Shown here piece after piece: positions 25,193 through 36,263 of a stretch of 64,000 nucleotides of DNA. How positions within the stretch are numbered: the first letter of the stretch is position 1; each line of letters starts with the position of its first letter. Source of the stretch: a virus. The stretch is from positions 1-64,000 of IMG/VR virus record IMGVR_UViG_3300042562_001017, one strand, 5' to 3'. The notes beneath the pieces were generated by a model. That model searched no databases. It was not told the DNA's origin and was given only the letters and a program-made list of their open reading frames with translations. The position numbers and the translations under genes were made by a program.

Positions 25193-27231
25193 TGTTTGAT
25201 GTAAGTTTTAGTCATATTAATACTCAAGAATTTTCTCCTGAAGCTACTAGATTTAGATTAAATAGTTTAAAAGGAAATCCATGTTATATAGATGAACCTA
25301 AAAACAGTTTAGCTTGGAAAGAGTATTGGGATTTGCAACAACATTATTGTATGAATGGTTATTCTGTAGGAGGAGTTAGAATTACAGGAGAACATTATTT
25401 TTATCTTAACTTTTGTCAAATTAAATTAACTGCTGTTGGTAATAATGAAGAAAAAGTTAGTAAAAAGAAAGTAGAAAAACAAGTTACTTTTCCTGCATTT
25501 TGGGATAGTGACTGGTTTTACTTTACTGAATGTGAAGTAGCTAGAGAAGCAGGTGAGCATATGATTATTCTTAAACCTAGAAGGAGAGGATATTCATATA
25601 AGAATGCAGCTAAGTGCGCATACATGTATAGCTTTACTCGTTCATCTACTTCACTTATTGTAGCAGAATTATCTACATATTCTGAAGAAACAATGGGTAT
25701 GGCTGTAAACTATTTAAATTTTTTACAACAATATACAGATTTTGGAAAGAACAGATTAGTTAACAAACCTAAAGAAGAAATAGAAAGTGGTTTTGAAGAA
25801 AACGGAATTAAGTTAGGTTTTAGAAGTAAAATACTTGCGTTTACAACAAAAACTAATGCAGGTATTCTTAGAGGAAAAGATGCTAACATTGTTCTTTTTG
25901 AAGAAGCAGGAACATTTGGAAATCTCTTAGCTACATATAATGCAACTAAAGCTCTTGTTCAAGAAGGTACTAACGTATCAGGACAAATGTTTGTTTTTGG
26001 AACTGGTGGTGATTTTGCTGGAGGTCAAGTAGATTTTGAAAAAATGTTTTATGACCCTGAAACATATGGGTTTAGAGCATATCAAAATATATATGATGAA
26101 GGAAAAAGCAATACAACAATAGGTTATTTTCTTCCAGATTATTATTCTAAAGGTGGTTTTATAAGTAATGGTATATCTGAAATAGAATCAGCTAAAGCAT
26201 CTATTGAACAAGAAGTTGAAAGACTTAAAAGAAGTTCAAAAGATAGAAATGCTCTTGATGCATATCTTGCAGAATTTCCTAGAACTCCTCAAGAAGCTTT
26301 TATTAAAATGGGAACTAACATTTTTCCTAAAGCTGAACTAAATCAACAGATTAATGAAATACGTAGTCGTAAAGAATTACAACATTTAGGTGTCACAGGT
26401 ATATTTTATACAGATACAGATGGTAAAGTTAAATTTGAATTAAAAGATGATTTAAAACCTATACTTAATTATCCTTACAAACCTGATGTAGATGGAGAGG
26501 GTTGTGTTATTATGTATCAACCTCCTTTTAAAATGAATGGTCACGTTCCTGATGATTTGTATTATATAGCTGTTGACCCTTATGCTATTGATAAAGGAAA
26601 AGATAAAAAACTTACTAAAAGAGACTCTTTGGGTTCAGCTTTTGTTTTTAAAAGAATAAATAATTTTTCTAAACCTTTTGATTTAATTGTATGTGAGTAT
26701 GTAGCTAGACCAGAAAGACATGATGATTTTAATAAAACTTTATTTGATATGGCTGAACATTACAATTGTAAAATTGTATATGAAAATGATAGAGATGGCG
26801 ATATAGAATCTTATGCTAGGATTAATAAAAAGTTACACAGATTAGAAGTTGAACTTACAGTTTATGATAGTAGTGACGCTCCACGTAAGCAATTAGGAAG
26901 ACGTTATGGTGTAAGTATGAGTAACTTAGAAGTTAAAAAGACAGCAGTAAGTTATTTGAAAGATTGGCTATTAGCACCTAGAGATAAAGATTTAAATGGA
27001 GTTCAAGAATTAAATCTTCATAAGATTTATAGTATTCCTTTACTTGAAGAAATTATTAAATTTGACTATCAAGGTAACTTTGATAGAGTTTCTGCAATGC
27101 TTGTAGCAATGCTTTATAAAAAAGAATTATTACTCAAACCACCAGTAAGTGAAAGAAAAACTTCAATCTATGAAGATGAATTTTTTAGAAGGTTTGATAC
27201 AGAATTTGGTAAAAATGAATTGAATCTTTAA
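25192..27231 (+). CDS. terL: Terminase large subunit
   Basis: LKPRRRGYSY Walker A, FEEAG Walker B, FGTGG, AVDPY, NFDRVSA. Confidence 0.93.
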   Translation: MFDVSFSHINTQEFSPEATRFRLNSLKGNPCYIDEPKNSLAWKEYWDLQQHYCMNGYSVGGVRITGEHYFYLNFCQIKLTAVGNNEEKVSKKKVEKQVTFPAFWDSDWFYFTECEVAREAGEHMIILKPRRRGYSYKNAAKCAYMYSFTRSSTSLIVAELSTYSEETMGMAVNYLNFLQQYTDFGKNRLVNKPKEEIESGFEENGIKLGFRSKILAFTTKTNAGILRGKDANIVLFEEAGTFGNLLATYNATKALVQEGTNVSGQMFVFGTGGDFAGGQVDFEKMFYDPETYGFRAYQNIYDEGKSNTTIGYFLPDYYSKGGFISNGISEIESAKASIEQEVERLKRSSKDRNALDAYLAEFPRTPQEAFIKMGTNIFPKAELNQQINEIRSRKELQHLGVTGIFYTDTDGKVKFELKDDLKPILNYPYKPDVDGEGCVIMYQPPFKMNGHVPDDLYYIAVDPYAIDKGKDKKLTKRDSLGSAFVFKRINNFSKPFDLIVCEYVARPERHDDFNKTLFDMAEHYNCKIVYENDRDGDIESYARINKKLHRLEVELTVYDSSDAPRKQLGRRYGVSMSNLEVKKTAVSYLKDWLLAPRDKDLNGVQELNLHKIYSIPLLEEIIKFDYQGNFDRVSAMLVAMLYKKELLLKPPVSERKTSIYEDEFFRRFDTEFGKNELNL

Positions 27232-27253
27232 CTTTGTAAATTAAATCGAAATA

Positions 27254-29587
27254 ATGAAAAATACTAATCAAGTAGGAATGCTGTTTGATATACCAAATCA
27301 AAATATATCTTATGCTGAAAAAATAAAAGATGATTTTGCTTGGAGTAAAATAACAATTAATGCTATAATAGGCAGGTCTACTTTTACAACTAATAGTCAA
27401 AAAATTTGGATAAAAAAATTATATGATTATTATAATGGTAATATTCATACAGACGATTATAAATTAATTACAGAACCTTTTGGTAAACCTATGGAAGGTA
27501 GTTGGGGTGATGTAGAAAGTTATCCTATTATTAAAACTAAAGTTGATTTACTACGTTCTGAATATAATAAGCGTCCTAAAAAAGATATGGTTTATGTAGT
27601 TAACGAAGATGTCGTTACTAACATGACTGAATCTTTAAATGAAGAGATTAACAAAAGCTTAGAATCTTTATTTGTAAATAAGCTTAATGAATTAGGTGTT
27701 CCTACAGGAGTTGAATCACAAGAAGTAGAATTACCTGAAAGGGTTAAGGAAAATTTTGAATCTACTTATTTAGACAAAAGAGCTATCATTGGTCAAAACG
27801 CAATTAACTATATTAAAGTTCAACAACATTTAGATGAAAAATTAGATTTAAATTTCTTTCATTGGTTAGTAAGTGGAGAAATTTATTCTCATAAAGATGT
27901 AGTTCATAACGAAGTTGTTTATGAAACAGTTAACCCACTTGATATAGATTTTGATAAAGACCCTGATATACAATTTGTTGAAGATGGAGATTGGGTTGTA
28001 AGACGTAAATATATGCATCCTTCTTCTATTATAGATACATTCTATGATATTCTTGATGAAGACCAAATTAAAATGATTGATACTTTAGCTGTATCAGGAC
28101 CAGCACTTACTTCTAACTCTTCTATATTTTATGATAGAAGTTTGAACAACAAAATGTGGTCTAGGTTAATTGAAGTAATGCATGTATGTTGGAAATCACG
28201 TAAACAAATTGGTATTGTAGAGTTTATGGATGAGATGGGTCAATTTCAATCTTTAGAAGTTGATGAATCATATAAAGCAACTCCTGACCAAAAAGTTACA
28301 TGGCATTGGGTAAGTGAAGTATGGGAAGGTTATAGAATAGGTTTAACAATGTTTGTTAAAATGAGAGCTTTACCTAATCAAAGAGGTAACTTAGATAATC
28401 TATCTAAATGTAAATTACCTTATAATGGTAGAATTATGTCTAACGTAAATTCTACAAATATATCTTTAGTTTCTTTAGGAGTACCTTATCAGACTTTATA
28501 TAATGCTACTTTTCATCGTCTTAAATTAGCTATGGCTAAAATGAAAGATGATATGGCGTTAATTGATATTAACTGGAAACCTTTAGGTTGGTCAATGGAT
28601 AAATGGTTAGAATATGCTGATAGAGTAAGTATGTTGTTTGTTGATTACAGTAAAGATTCAGTTAAAATGAATAATACTCACCAAACAAGACTTCAGTTAG
28701 CTTCTCAAACTATTAGAATGTACACAGATTTATTAGCATTTATTAAAAATGAATGGGAAGAAGTTTGTGGTATAACAAGACAAAGAGAAGGTCAAGTTCA
28801 ATCTTCTGAAACTGTAGGTGGTGTAGAAAGAGCAGTATTACAAAGTTCTTTAATTACTGAAACTTACTTTACTCTTTTTGAACAATTTAAGAAAAGAGAT
28901 TTAGAAGGCTTAATTGATTATTCTAAAATAGCTTGGATTAATGGTAAAAAAGGAAGCTATGTAATGCCTGATTCTACTAGTATAGTTTATATGGACGTTA
29001 ATGGAATTGAGCATTGTGAAACTGAGTATGGTATTGCTATATCTAATTCAAGCAAAGAACAAGAAAGAGCTAATACAATTAAACAACTTGCTCAACCAAT
29101 GATGCAAAATGGTATTGCTGCTTCTACTATTGCTGAAGTATTAGATTCAGAAACTATATCTCAAGCTAAAGTTAAACTTAAAGTTGCTGAACGTAAGTTA
29201 CAAGAATACAATCAATTAGTAGCTCAACAAGCACAAGAAGGTGAAATGGCTATGGCTGATAAACAAAAAGAAGTTATTGAATTACAACATCAGTATAACT
29301 TAGAAGCTATTGATAGAAAAGGAGAATGGGATTTACGTAAGACTGAACTTACTGCATTAGGTATGGACGAAGGTGACGATAATGTTGCTATTCAAGAATC
29401 TATGATTGAAGCTGGTTTAAAAGAAAGAGAATTAGCTTTAAAGAATAAACAAATTGACTCTAATATTATGAATGATTTGTCTAGACAACAGCATGAAAAA
29501 CAAATGAAAGAAAAAGAAATGCAGTTAAAAAGAGAAGAGATGAAAAGTAAAGAAAAAATTGCAAGTAAAAGACCTAAAGGTAAGTAG
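27254..29587 (+). CDS. Portal protein
   Basis: 777 aa after TerL; crAss-like EVWEGYRIG, KLPYNG, GITRQREG. Confidence 0.88.
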   Translation: MKNTNQVGMLFDIPNQNISYAEKIKDDFAWSKITINAIIGRSTFTTNSQKIWIKKLYDYYNGNIHTDDYKLITEPFGKPMEGSWGDVESYPIIKTKVDLLRSEYNKRPKKDMVYVVNEDVVTNMTESLNEEINKSLESLFVNKLNELGVPTGVESQEVELPERVKENFESTYLDKRAIIGQNAINYIKVQQHLDEKLDLNFFHWLVSGEIYSHKDVVHNEVVYETVNPLDIDFDKDPDIQFVEDGDWVVRRKYMHPSSIIDTFYDILDEDQIKMIDTLAVSGPALTSNSSIFYDRSLNNKMWSRLIEVMHVCWKSRKQIGIVEFMDEMGQFQSLEVDESYKATPDQKVTWHWVSEVWEGYRIGLTMFVKMRALPNQRGNLDNLSKCKLPYNGRIMSNVNSTNISLVSLGVPYQTLYNATFHRLKLAMAKMKDDMALIDINWKPLGWSMDKWLEYADRVSMLFVDYSKDSVKMNNTHQTRLQLASQTIRMYTDLLAFIKNEWEEVCGITRQREGQVQSSETVGGVERAVLQSSLITETYFTLFEQFKKRDLEGLIDYSKIAWINGKKGSYVMPDSTSIVYMDVNGIEHCETEYGIAISNSSKEQERANTIKQLAQPMMQNGIAASTIAEVLDSETISQAKVKLKVAERKLQEYNQLVAQQAQEGEMAMADKQKEVIELQHQYNLEAIDRKGEWDLRKTELTALGMDEGDDNVAIQESMIEAGLKERELALKNKQIDSNIMNDLSRQQHEKQMKEKEMQLKREEMKSKEKIASKRPKGK

Positions 29588-29656
29588 TGTTATATATATA
29601 AGAGAAATTAAAACTTAATAAAACAATAAAATAACAAATTAACTTTGTATTAGAAA

Positions 29657-30733
29657 ATGACAGACACGATTGAAAACGAAGGGTTAGACGAATTAGATTT
29701 TGATATATCTAAAGTAGACGTAAACCCGACAGGAGTTGTTCCAAAAACGGAACTAGACCCTGAACCAGAAGAAGCTCCAGAAGCTCAACCAGAACCTAAA
29801 AGAGGTAGACCTAAAAAAGTTGAAAAACCTGTAGAGCCTGAACCTGAGCCAGAACCTGAAACAGAATTAGACGAAGAAGAACCTAAAGCTACTTCTAATT
29901 TATTTTCTACTTTAGCTGAAACTTTAGAGCTAGATTTAGAAGAAGAATTTGAAGAAACTGAAGAAGGTCTTTCTGCATTTGTTCAAAGTGCTGCTGATAA
30001 ACTAGCAGACAAAAAATTGAATGGATGGTTAGAAAGTTTACCTGAAGTAGGTTCTAATTTTTTTGATTATCTTCAGATGTTAGGCCCTGATGCTAAAGAA
30101 GAAGATATACAAAAGTTCTTTAGTTCAGTTAAACCAGAAATTGATTACAAGTCAATTGATTTAACTAATGAAGATGCGCAAAAAGCTGTAATGCGTACCT
30201 TCTATAAAAAGATGGATTATGATGATAATGAAGTTAAAGATGCTATTGAAGATTTAGAGATAGCTGGTACTTTAGAAAAATCATCAAAAGTTGCTTCAAC
30301 TAAATTAGCTGCTTCTCAAGAAAAAGAAAGAGCTGCTTTAATTGAAAAAACAAAAGCTGAAGATACAGTTAAAAGACAAAAGATACAAGAATATTGGAAC
30401 ACAATAGATTCTACTATTAAAGGTGGTAGAGTTCATAGTTTTAATATTCCAGTTGCAGAACAAAAAGCTATGTTGGAATATATGTCAAGACCAACTAAAG
30501 CTGGAGTTCCACAACTACAAGAAGATTTAAATAATATGAATGTTGAAGATAGAATAGCTTTAGCAATCGCAGTAAAAAATAAATTTAACTTAGGTAAATA
30601 TATTACTGCTGCTGTTAAAACTCAATCTGCTCAAACATTAAAAGAAAGATTAGCTTCAGGACAAACTAGATTAAAAAATGGTAATGTTCCTAAGAGTGGT
30701 CTTTCAGATGATATATTATTTGATATAAAATAA
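29657..30733 (+). CDS. Putative scaffolding protein
   Basis: Very acidic, (PE)n repeats, between portal and MCP; TAACTTTG promoter at 29640. Confidence 0.65.
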   Translation: MTDTIENEGLDELDFDISKVDVNPTGVVPKTELDPEPEEAPEAQPEPKRGRPKKVEKPVEPEPEPEPETELDEEEPKATSNLFSTLAETLELDLEEEFEETEEGLSAFVQSAADKLADKKLNGWLESLPEVGSNFFDYLQMLGPDAKEEDIQKFFSSVKPEIDYKSIDLTNEDAQKAVMRTFYKKMDYDDNEVKDAIEDLEIAGTLEKSSKVASTKLAASQEKERAALIEKTKAEDTVKRQKIQEYWNTIDSTIKGGRVHSFNIPVAEQKAMLEYMSRPTKAGVPQLQEDLNNMNVEDRIALAIAVKNKFNLGKYITAAVKTQSAQTLKERLASGQTRLKNGNVPKSGLSDDILFDIK

Positions 30734-30761
30734 ACACTTTAAAAAAACAAATAAATAAAAA

Positions 30762-32210
30762 ATGGCACAATTTCTAACAGACCAAGTGTGGAATGAACAA
30801 ATGAAAAGCAATGATGCTTCTTTCGCTCGTTTAATTAACTCACAACCTGACAAAATCGCTCCTGTACTCACACATATGATGGGTCAAGAGAGTTCACGTT
30901 TCCCTCTTATGTACCTTTCTGAAGGTATGCAAGCTATTCAAGAAGTAGATGGTGACGAATTCGAGTATGATGTAATTGGACGTATGATGAAAGCAGTTCC
31001 TTTACAAGCTCCTCCTACTGGTTCTTATTCTACATCTTTCGGTGTATCTGGAACTGAAGCAACTTTATTCTTCAACGAAGGTATTTTCCCTGTAGGATAT
31101 ACTATTCTTTCTCCTTTAGGTTATCAATTACGTATTACTAGTAGAGATAACGCTAACGGTAACTGGGCTTACAAAGTAAAATTAGTAGCTAAAAATCTTT
31201 CTGAAACTTTACCTGCAAGTGAATTAGCAACTGGTGCGTTATACGCTTCTGGTTGGAACTCGGTAGCAAGTTTTGGTTCATTCGGTTCACTTTCTACTAG
31301 CACTGCTCCTGTTAAAGTACGTGGTGATGTAGGTACTATTCGTAAAGGTTACGCTTATGAAGGTAACATTAAGTATCGTAAAGCTAAAACTGTACAATTA
31401 GACACTAAAGGTGGAGGTACTAAAGAAATGTATTGGCCTTACGAAGAGTATCAGCATAACTTAAGTTTCCGTATTGAATGTGAAACTAACTACTGGTATT
31501 CAAAATCTAATCGTGATGCTTATGGTGTTATCAATGAGCGTGACGAACAAGGTAATCCTATTGTAAGGGGTTCAGGTATGTTTGAGCAAATCTCTAATAA
31601 AGATACTTATGGTACTTTAACTGCTGATAAAATTGACCAAACAATTCGTGATACTTTCTACGGTATGAGTGATGCTGAAAATAAAGTAATTACTCTTTTC
31701 ACTGGTGTGGGTGGACGTATGGCTTTTGATAATGCAATGAAAGCTGAATTGTCAAATAGAGGTTACATCAAGTTAACTGACAACAAATTCGTTGGTGGTT
31801 CTGGATATAACTTGAGCTTAGGTGGTTTCTTTGATACATATCAACATGTTGATGGTTACAAAGTTATTATCAAAACTGCTTCTCTTTTTGATAACGGACC
31901 TCAAGCTTTAGCCAGTCCTAAACATCCTAACTATCCTAACTTACCTCTTGAGTCTTTCCGTATGGCTTTCACAGATACTTCTACTTATGATGGTATGAGT
32001 AACTTAGTTATGGTAAGCAAAAAAGGACGTAGTATGTTACGTGGTATGGTAAAAGGTATCAACGAAGCTGCTTCTGGAACTAGTTTCTCAGCTAATGATA
32101 CTATTTCTACTGATAAAGACGGTAGTTCAGTACATTTCTTAAAAGCTGGTCAAGTTGTACTTAGAAGGTTTAACACTTCTATCGACTTAACTTGTACAGC
32201 AGGTTTATAG
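30762..32210 (+). CDS. Major capsid protein (crAss-type)
   Basis: 482 aa, high-expression codon bias, LFTGVGG, HPNYPNLPLESFRM, followed by a strong terminator. Confidence 0.88.
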   Translation: MAQFLTDQVWNEQMKSNDASFARLINSQPDKIAPVLTHMMGQESSRFPLMYLSEGMQAIQEVDGDEFEYDVIGRMMKAVPLQAPPTGSYSTSFGVSGTEATLFFNEGIFPVGYTILSPLGYQLRITSRDNANGNWAYKVKLVAKNLSETLPASELATGALYASGWNSVASFGSFGSLSTSTAPVKVRGDVGTIRKGYAYEGNIKYRKAKTVQLDTKGGGTKEMYWPYEEYQHNLSFRIECETNYWYSKSNRDAYGVINERDEQGNPIVRGSGMFEQISNKDTYGTLTADKIDQTIRDTFYGMSDAENKVITLFTGVGGRMAFDNAMKAELSNRGYIKLTDNKFVGGSGYNLSLGGFFDTYQHVDGYKVIIKTASLFDNGPQALASPKHPNYPNLPLESFRMAFTDTSTYDGMSNLVMVSKKGRSMLRGMVKGINEAASGTSFSANDTISTDKDGSSVHFLKAGQVVLRRFNTSIDLTCTAGL

Positions 32211-32218
32211 TTTTAAAT

Positions 32219-32255
32219 AAGTGAGGGAGAGTAAAATCTCTCTCACTTTATTTTT
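32219..32255 (+). terminator. Intrinsic terminator after MCP
   Basis: AAGTGAGGGAGA-GTAAAA-TCTCTCTCACTT plus T-run. Confidence 0.8.
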
Positions 32256-32300
32256 AAATAAACTAAAATTAAAAACAATTAAAATAAAACGATAAAGAAA

Positions 32301-33179
32301 ATGAAAACGATTAAGATTCAAAGAAAAGAAGTACGAAGACATGGCGTACACATTAGTTTAACTCAAGAAAGGTCTGCTACAATTGGTGGATTTCTTTTAA
32401 AGTCTGGTGCAGTAGGCACAGGTATTACATTTGAAGAAATGAAAAAATGGATGCCAGGAGTTTTAGGAGTAGAAAGTACTGACCCTAAATTTAGACAAGA
32501 GGTAAACAGGTATTTTAACAATATTATGATTACTGTTCCTTATGAAGGAAAAGAACTTAATATTACAATTGATGAAAATGGTGAACCTGAAGTATTGGAA
32601 GATTATTTGAGATATAAGTTTTGTTTGCAACATCCTAAAGTAGCTGATTCAAAAGTTTCTGCTGATGTTGACCAATACAAAGAATATTATATTGAAGACC
32701 AAGCTTTAGAATTAACTAAACGTACAACTAAACTTAAATCAAAAACTAATGCTACAATTAAATTTGCAGAATTAATTAATGATGAAGTGAAACTTGATTG
32801 GGTTCTTAGAGAATTAACTACTAAATATCCAAAAGAATTAGGTTCTATTACAAGACTTACTTCTTTAAGTAGAGAAGAAAAAGAACTTAAGGTTTCTGAA
32901 ATTTTTGATAAAGACCCTGAATACTTTATGAGTGTCGTATCTGACCCAGACTTGTTATTCAAAGCACAAATTGCTTCAATGGTTGAAAGTCAAATTATTC
33001 AAAAAGTAGGTAACGAGTATGTTTATGGTTCTGAACCATTAGGTAATTTAGATGCATCTATTGCTTATTTAAAGAATCCTAATAACTCCGAAGCTTATGT
33101 TATTATGTTAGCTAAACTTAATAATATGGGAATTGGTTTTAGACAAAAAGAAACTAAAAAAGTAGAAAAAACAAAATAA
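32301..33179 (+). CDS. Conserved crAss-like protein following MCP
   Basis: Synteny; EDYLRYKFCLQHPKVA. Confidence 0.65.
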   Translation: MKTIKIQRKEVRRHGVHISLTQERSATIGGFLLKSGAVGTGITFEEMKKWMPGVLGVESTDPKFRQEVNRYFNNIMITVPYEGKELNITIDENGEPEVLEDYLRYKFCLQHPKVADSKVSADVDQYKEYYIEDQALELTKRTTKLKSKTNATIKFAELINDEVKLDWVLRELTTKYPKELGSITRLTSLSREEKELKVSEIFDKDPEYFMSVVSDPDLLFKAQIASMVESQIIQKVGNEYVYGSEPLGNLDASIAYLKNPNNSEAYVIMLAKLNNMGIGFRQKETKKVEKTK

Positions 33180-33184
33180 AAAAT

Positions 33185-33208
33185 CTTTCCGAGAGCAATC
33201 TCGGAAAG
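33185..33208 (+). other. GNRA hairpin immediately 5' of the tRNA
   Basis: CTTTCCGAGA-GCAA-TCTCGGAAAG. Confidence 0.6.
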
Positions 33209-33213
33209 TATAT

Positions 33214-33285
33214 TGTGGGGTAGAGAAGTGGCATCTCATTAGGCTCATAACCTAAAGTTCGTTGGTTCGATTCCAGCTCCCGCAA
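33214..33285 (+). tRNA. tRNA-Met (CAT); Ile2 not excluded
   Basis: Cloverleaf TGTGGGG/TCCCGCA, GAGA/TCTC, TTAGG-CTCATAA-CCTAA, GTTGG-TTCGATT-CCAGC; CCA not encoded. Confidence 0.9.
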
Positions 33286-33298
33286 CAATTTAAATACT

Positions 33299-34360
33299 AT
33301 GAATATAAAAGAAATGCATACGTCTATTGCTACTGAAATGAATAAAATCAATTCAGCTTTGTTTGAGAACATTCTTGAACAAGAGGTAGACTTTGCACTT
33401 AACAATAGTATTTTAAGATTTATAAAACAAAGATATAATGCTACTTCAAATCTAAAAGGTAAAGGATTTGAGATGAGTCAAAAAAGAATTGATGACCTTA
33501 GAACTTTAGTTACTAATTATTCAGCTAAAGCATTCTTACCTGTTTCTTTTGACCCAGACATAAATGAAAAAGTAGTTTTTTATTTTCCTGGTGATTATAT
33601 GTTTGCAGTAAATTCTAGATTTAAAGTTGCAGAAAATGATTGTGGTACTTTTACTTATGCTTCTGCTAGTTTAACTACAAACATAAGTACTTTTGATTTT
33701 AGCTTAGTTACTGATTGGACATTATTTAGATTAAAAAATCTTACTAGTGGTTATGTATTAAATTTAGGTTCTGGAGCTAGTAACTATAATACTACTGAAG
33801 ATTTAACTTTTGTTATTAGAATTATTTTACAAAAGTTAAGAGAGAACTATAACTATTCTGAATATGAATTTTATTATGAATATTACAATGGTTCTTATTT
33901 TAAGAATCAATTAGTTATTGTAAATAAAACAACTACTACTTGGCAGTATTCTATTGATAATGGAGTTAGTTATGTTAATTTAGCTACTTCAAGTAATGTT
34001 AAAACACATTATACTAACGCACCTACTATTAGTGTTGCTGGAAAATTAGTTCAAGAAGATGATATATTTGCAATGCAAGTAGACCCATTTAACAAAACTG
34101 TTTCTGATTTTCCTTTATTTTATACATCTAACTACAACTTTAACATATACATAGATAGAAATATTTTTGTTGTAACAGATGTTATTTTGTCTTATCTTCG
34201 CACCCCAAGAACTGTATCGTATTTTCTTAATCAAGATTGTGATTTACCAGACCACACACATCCTGAAATAGTAAGTATGACAGTTGATTACCTTCTAGAA
34301 GCAGTGCAAGCTGGTGATAGATATAAAACGCATCAAGAAATTGTTGCAACTAATGAATAA
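33299..34360 (+). CDS. Tail ring/adaptor protein (crAss-like)
   Basis: GFEMSQKRIDDLRTL, YLRTP, CDLPDHTHPEIV; synteny. Confidence 0.65.
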   Translation: MNIKEMHTSIATEMNKINSALFENILEQEVDFALNNSILRFIKQRYNATSNLKGKGFEMSQKRIDDLRTLVTNYSAKAFLPVSFDPDINEKVVFYFPGDYMFAVNSRFKVAENDCGTFTYASASLTTNISTFDFSLVTDWTLFRLKNLTSGYVLNLGSGASNYNTTEDLTFVIRIILQKLRENYNYSEYEFYYEYYNGSYFKNQLVIVNKTTTTWQYSIDNGVSYVNLATSSNVKTHYTNAPTISVAGKLVQEDDIFAMQVDPFNKTVSDFPLFYTSNYNFNIYIDRNIFVVTDVILSYLRTPRTVSYFLNQDCDLPDHTHPEIVSMTVDYLLEAVQAGDRYKTHQEIVATNE

Positions 34361-34397
34361 TTTTTTTTAATTAATAACAAATAAACAAAACAAAACA

Positions 34398-35735
34398 ATG
34401 TCAAAGACTGTTTTATTCGGAAATGCCGCAGCTTACTCAGCTAAAGCAAACCCTGCCCTTTTAGCTTCTGGAGAAATTGGAATTTACTCTATCGCTGAAA
34501 CTGGTGCTTTTACACTAATTACTACTACTTGTAGTGCTGCTCAAAAGCAATTGCCTATTATGATTGCTCAAGGTGGAGTTACTGGTGGTAATTTTAAAAG
34601 TGTAATTATCTATCCTAACGGTATCGTTAAGGCTGGTGCTACTGCATTACCTTACGTTGCTGCTGTACCTAATGTTGATATTGTAGGTTATGCTGGTTCT
34701 GGTTCAGACACTATTCAAGCTAGTGTTGCTGGAACTTACAACTTAACTATAACAAACACTTCTTTAGGAACTGTTCCAATGCCATTTAACTTGGCTTCTT
34801 TGTATTACCAAAACGCTGCTCAAGCAACTCCTTTTCAGGTAGCTTACGATTGGGCTAAAGCTGTTAACGGTAAAACATTAAATGCTTCTTTGTTTCCTTA
34901 TGACAGATTTGTGTTTGCTTCAGTTTTAACTAACCAAGCTTCAACTCAATTAGTAACTTCAGCTCCTGCAAACGTAACTGGTACATTTGTAAATGGTTCA
35001 ACTAGTGTAACTTTATCTGGTTCAACTGCTGGTGGTACTACTCCATTGTCAGTAGGTAGTTTTATTCGTGTAGGTCATGCAACTACTACTACTTTACCTG
35101 TTTACAAAATTGCTTCAATGCCATCAGCTACAAGTATCATTCTTGATGCTCCTTACGTAAACGAAAGTTTAACTGTTGGTGCTACTGTTGCTACTGTTGC
35201 TTTAGGTAGATTAGATGCTGCTCCTGATGTTAGTGATTTAGCTGGTGTTAGATTAGCTTCAAGAGGTAACTGGTTTGACGGAAGTTCATTTACTGAATTA
35301 AGACCTAACACTTCTATTGCTACTGGTGTATCTGGAAATGCTTTAGGAACTGTAATTGTTCATAATGGTAGTGCTTCTCAATCTTACTTAGCTGCTTCAG
35401 GTGCTGTTACTTCAGGTGTTTTCAACATCGGTTATGGTATCGGATATCAAGCTAGAAAGCAAGAACTTCAATGGCAAGGTTACCAAGGTAACATGAACAG
35501 AAGTTTCTTACCTTACGCAGTTCAATATTTCTCTTCAGAAACTTCTTTGTATGATGGTTACTCTGTAATTTACAGAAGTTTTCCTAATAACGGAGCTAAT
35601 GATGGAAATGCAAAAGAAGAAATGCATGATGTTCAAATATTCTGTATTAACGCTGGTGGTTCTGGAAGTGTTGCTACTAACGCTTTAGTAACTGCAAGTA
35701 TTCCTACAATCTTGAGTTCATACATTAACGCATAG
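34398..35735 (+). CDS. Abundant structural protein (auxiliary capsid-like)
   Basis: Ala/Gly/Thr-rich, MCP-like codon bias, own terminator; syntenic position. Confidence 0.6.
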   Translation: MSKTVLFGNAAAYSAKANPALLASGEIGIYSIAETGAFTLITTTCSAAQKQLPIMIAQGGVTGGNFKSVIIYPNGIVKAGATALPYVAAVPNVDIVGYAGSGSDTIQASVAGTYNLTITNTSLGTVPMPFNLASLYYQNAAQATPFQVAYDWAKAVNGKTLNASLFPYDRFVFASVLTNQASTQLVTSAPANVTGTFVNGSTSVTLSGSTAGGTTPLSVGSFIRVGHATTTTLPVYKIASMPSATSIILDAPYVNESLTVGATVATVALGRLDAAPDVSDLAGVRLASRGNWFDGSSFTELRPNTSIATGVSGNALGTVIVHNGSASQSYLAASGAVTSGVFNIGYGIGYQARKQELQWQGYQGNMNRSFLPYAVQYFSSETSLYDGYSVIYRSFPNNGANDGNAKEEMHDVQIFCINAGGSGSVATNALVTASIPTILSSYINA

Positions 35736-35756
35736 TAAATTCTGATTTTTAATTTT

Positions 35757-35790
35757 AAAAAGCCATTACTTAATTGTAATGGCTTTTTTT
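35757..35790 (+). terminator. Intrinsic terminator
   Basis: AAAAAGCCATTAC-TTAATT-GTAATGGCTTTTTTT. Confidence 0.85.
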
Positions 35791-35843
35791 ATTTATATTT
35801 TTTTTTAAAATAAATACTATCTTTGTAATATAATATTATAAAT

Positions 35844-36263
35844 ATGACAAGAAATACATTAGGTGGTTCTCTTCTTCAAAATGAAGATAGAATAGTTATA
35901 GAAAGAAAAGGTGTTCCTTCTGAAGTTTCATTAAGAAATTTTAGAAAATATACTAATGGAACTGAACCTTTAATAGTTTCAGGTAGTACTTTAGAATTAG
36001 ATTTTGCTAATGCTTTACTATTTGATATAACTTTAACAGCAGCTGCAACATTTACTTTTGTTAATGCTACACCAGGTGTTTACGTTATGAAGTTAACTCA
36101 AGGTGGTTCAGGTAGTAATACTGTAACGTTTCCTTCTAACGTAAAATGGTCTGGAGCAACTCCTCCAACACTTACTACAACAGTAGGAGCTTGGGATTAT
36201 ATAACTTTTGTATTTGATGGAACTTATTTCTCAGCAACTTCAATTCTTAATTTTGTAGTATAA
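35844..36263 (+). CDS. Fibre-associated beta-sandwich protein
   Basis: LTQGGSGSNTVTFPSNVKWSGATPPTLTTTVGAWD motif typical of fibre-tip domains. Confidence 0.6.
   Translation: MTRNTLGGSLLQNEDRIVIERKGVPSEVSLRNFRKYTNGTEPLIVSGSTLELDFANALLFDITLTAAATFTFVNATPGVYVMKLTQGGSGSNTVTFPSNVKWSGATPPTLTTTVGAWDYITFVFDGTYFSATSILNFVV

Noticed and set aside
9830-32210. Introns or inteins in PolB, TerL, portal or MCP
   Set aside because: The ORFs are uninterrupted and of ordinary length, with no intein motifs seen.
33154-33405. Minus-strand 83-aa ORF
   Set aside because: It is the antisense of the tRNA-CAT gene and the start of 33299..34360.
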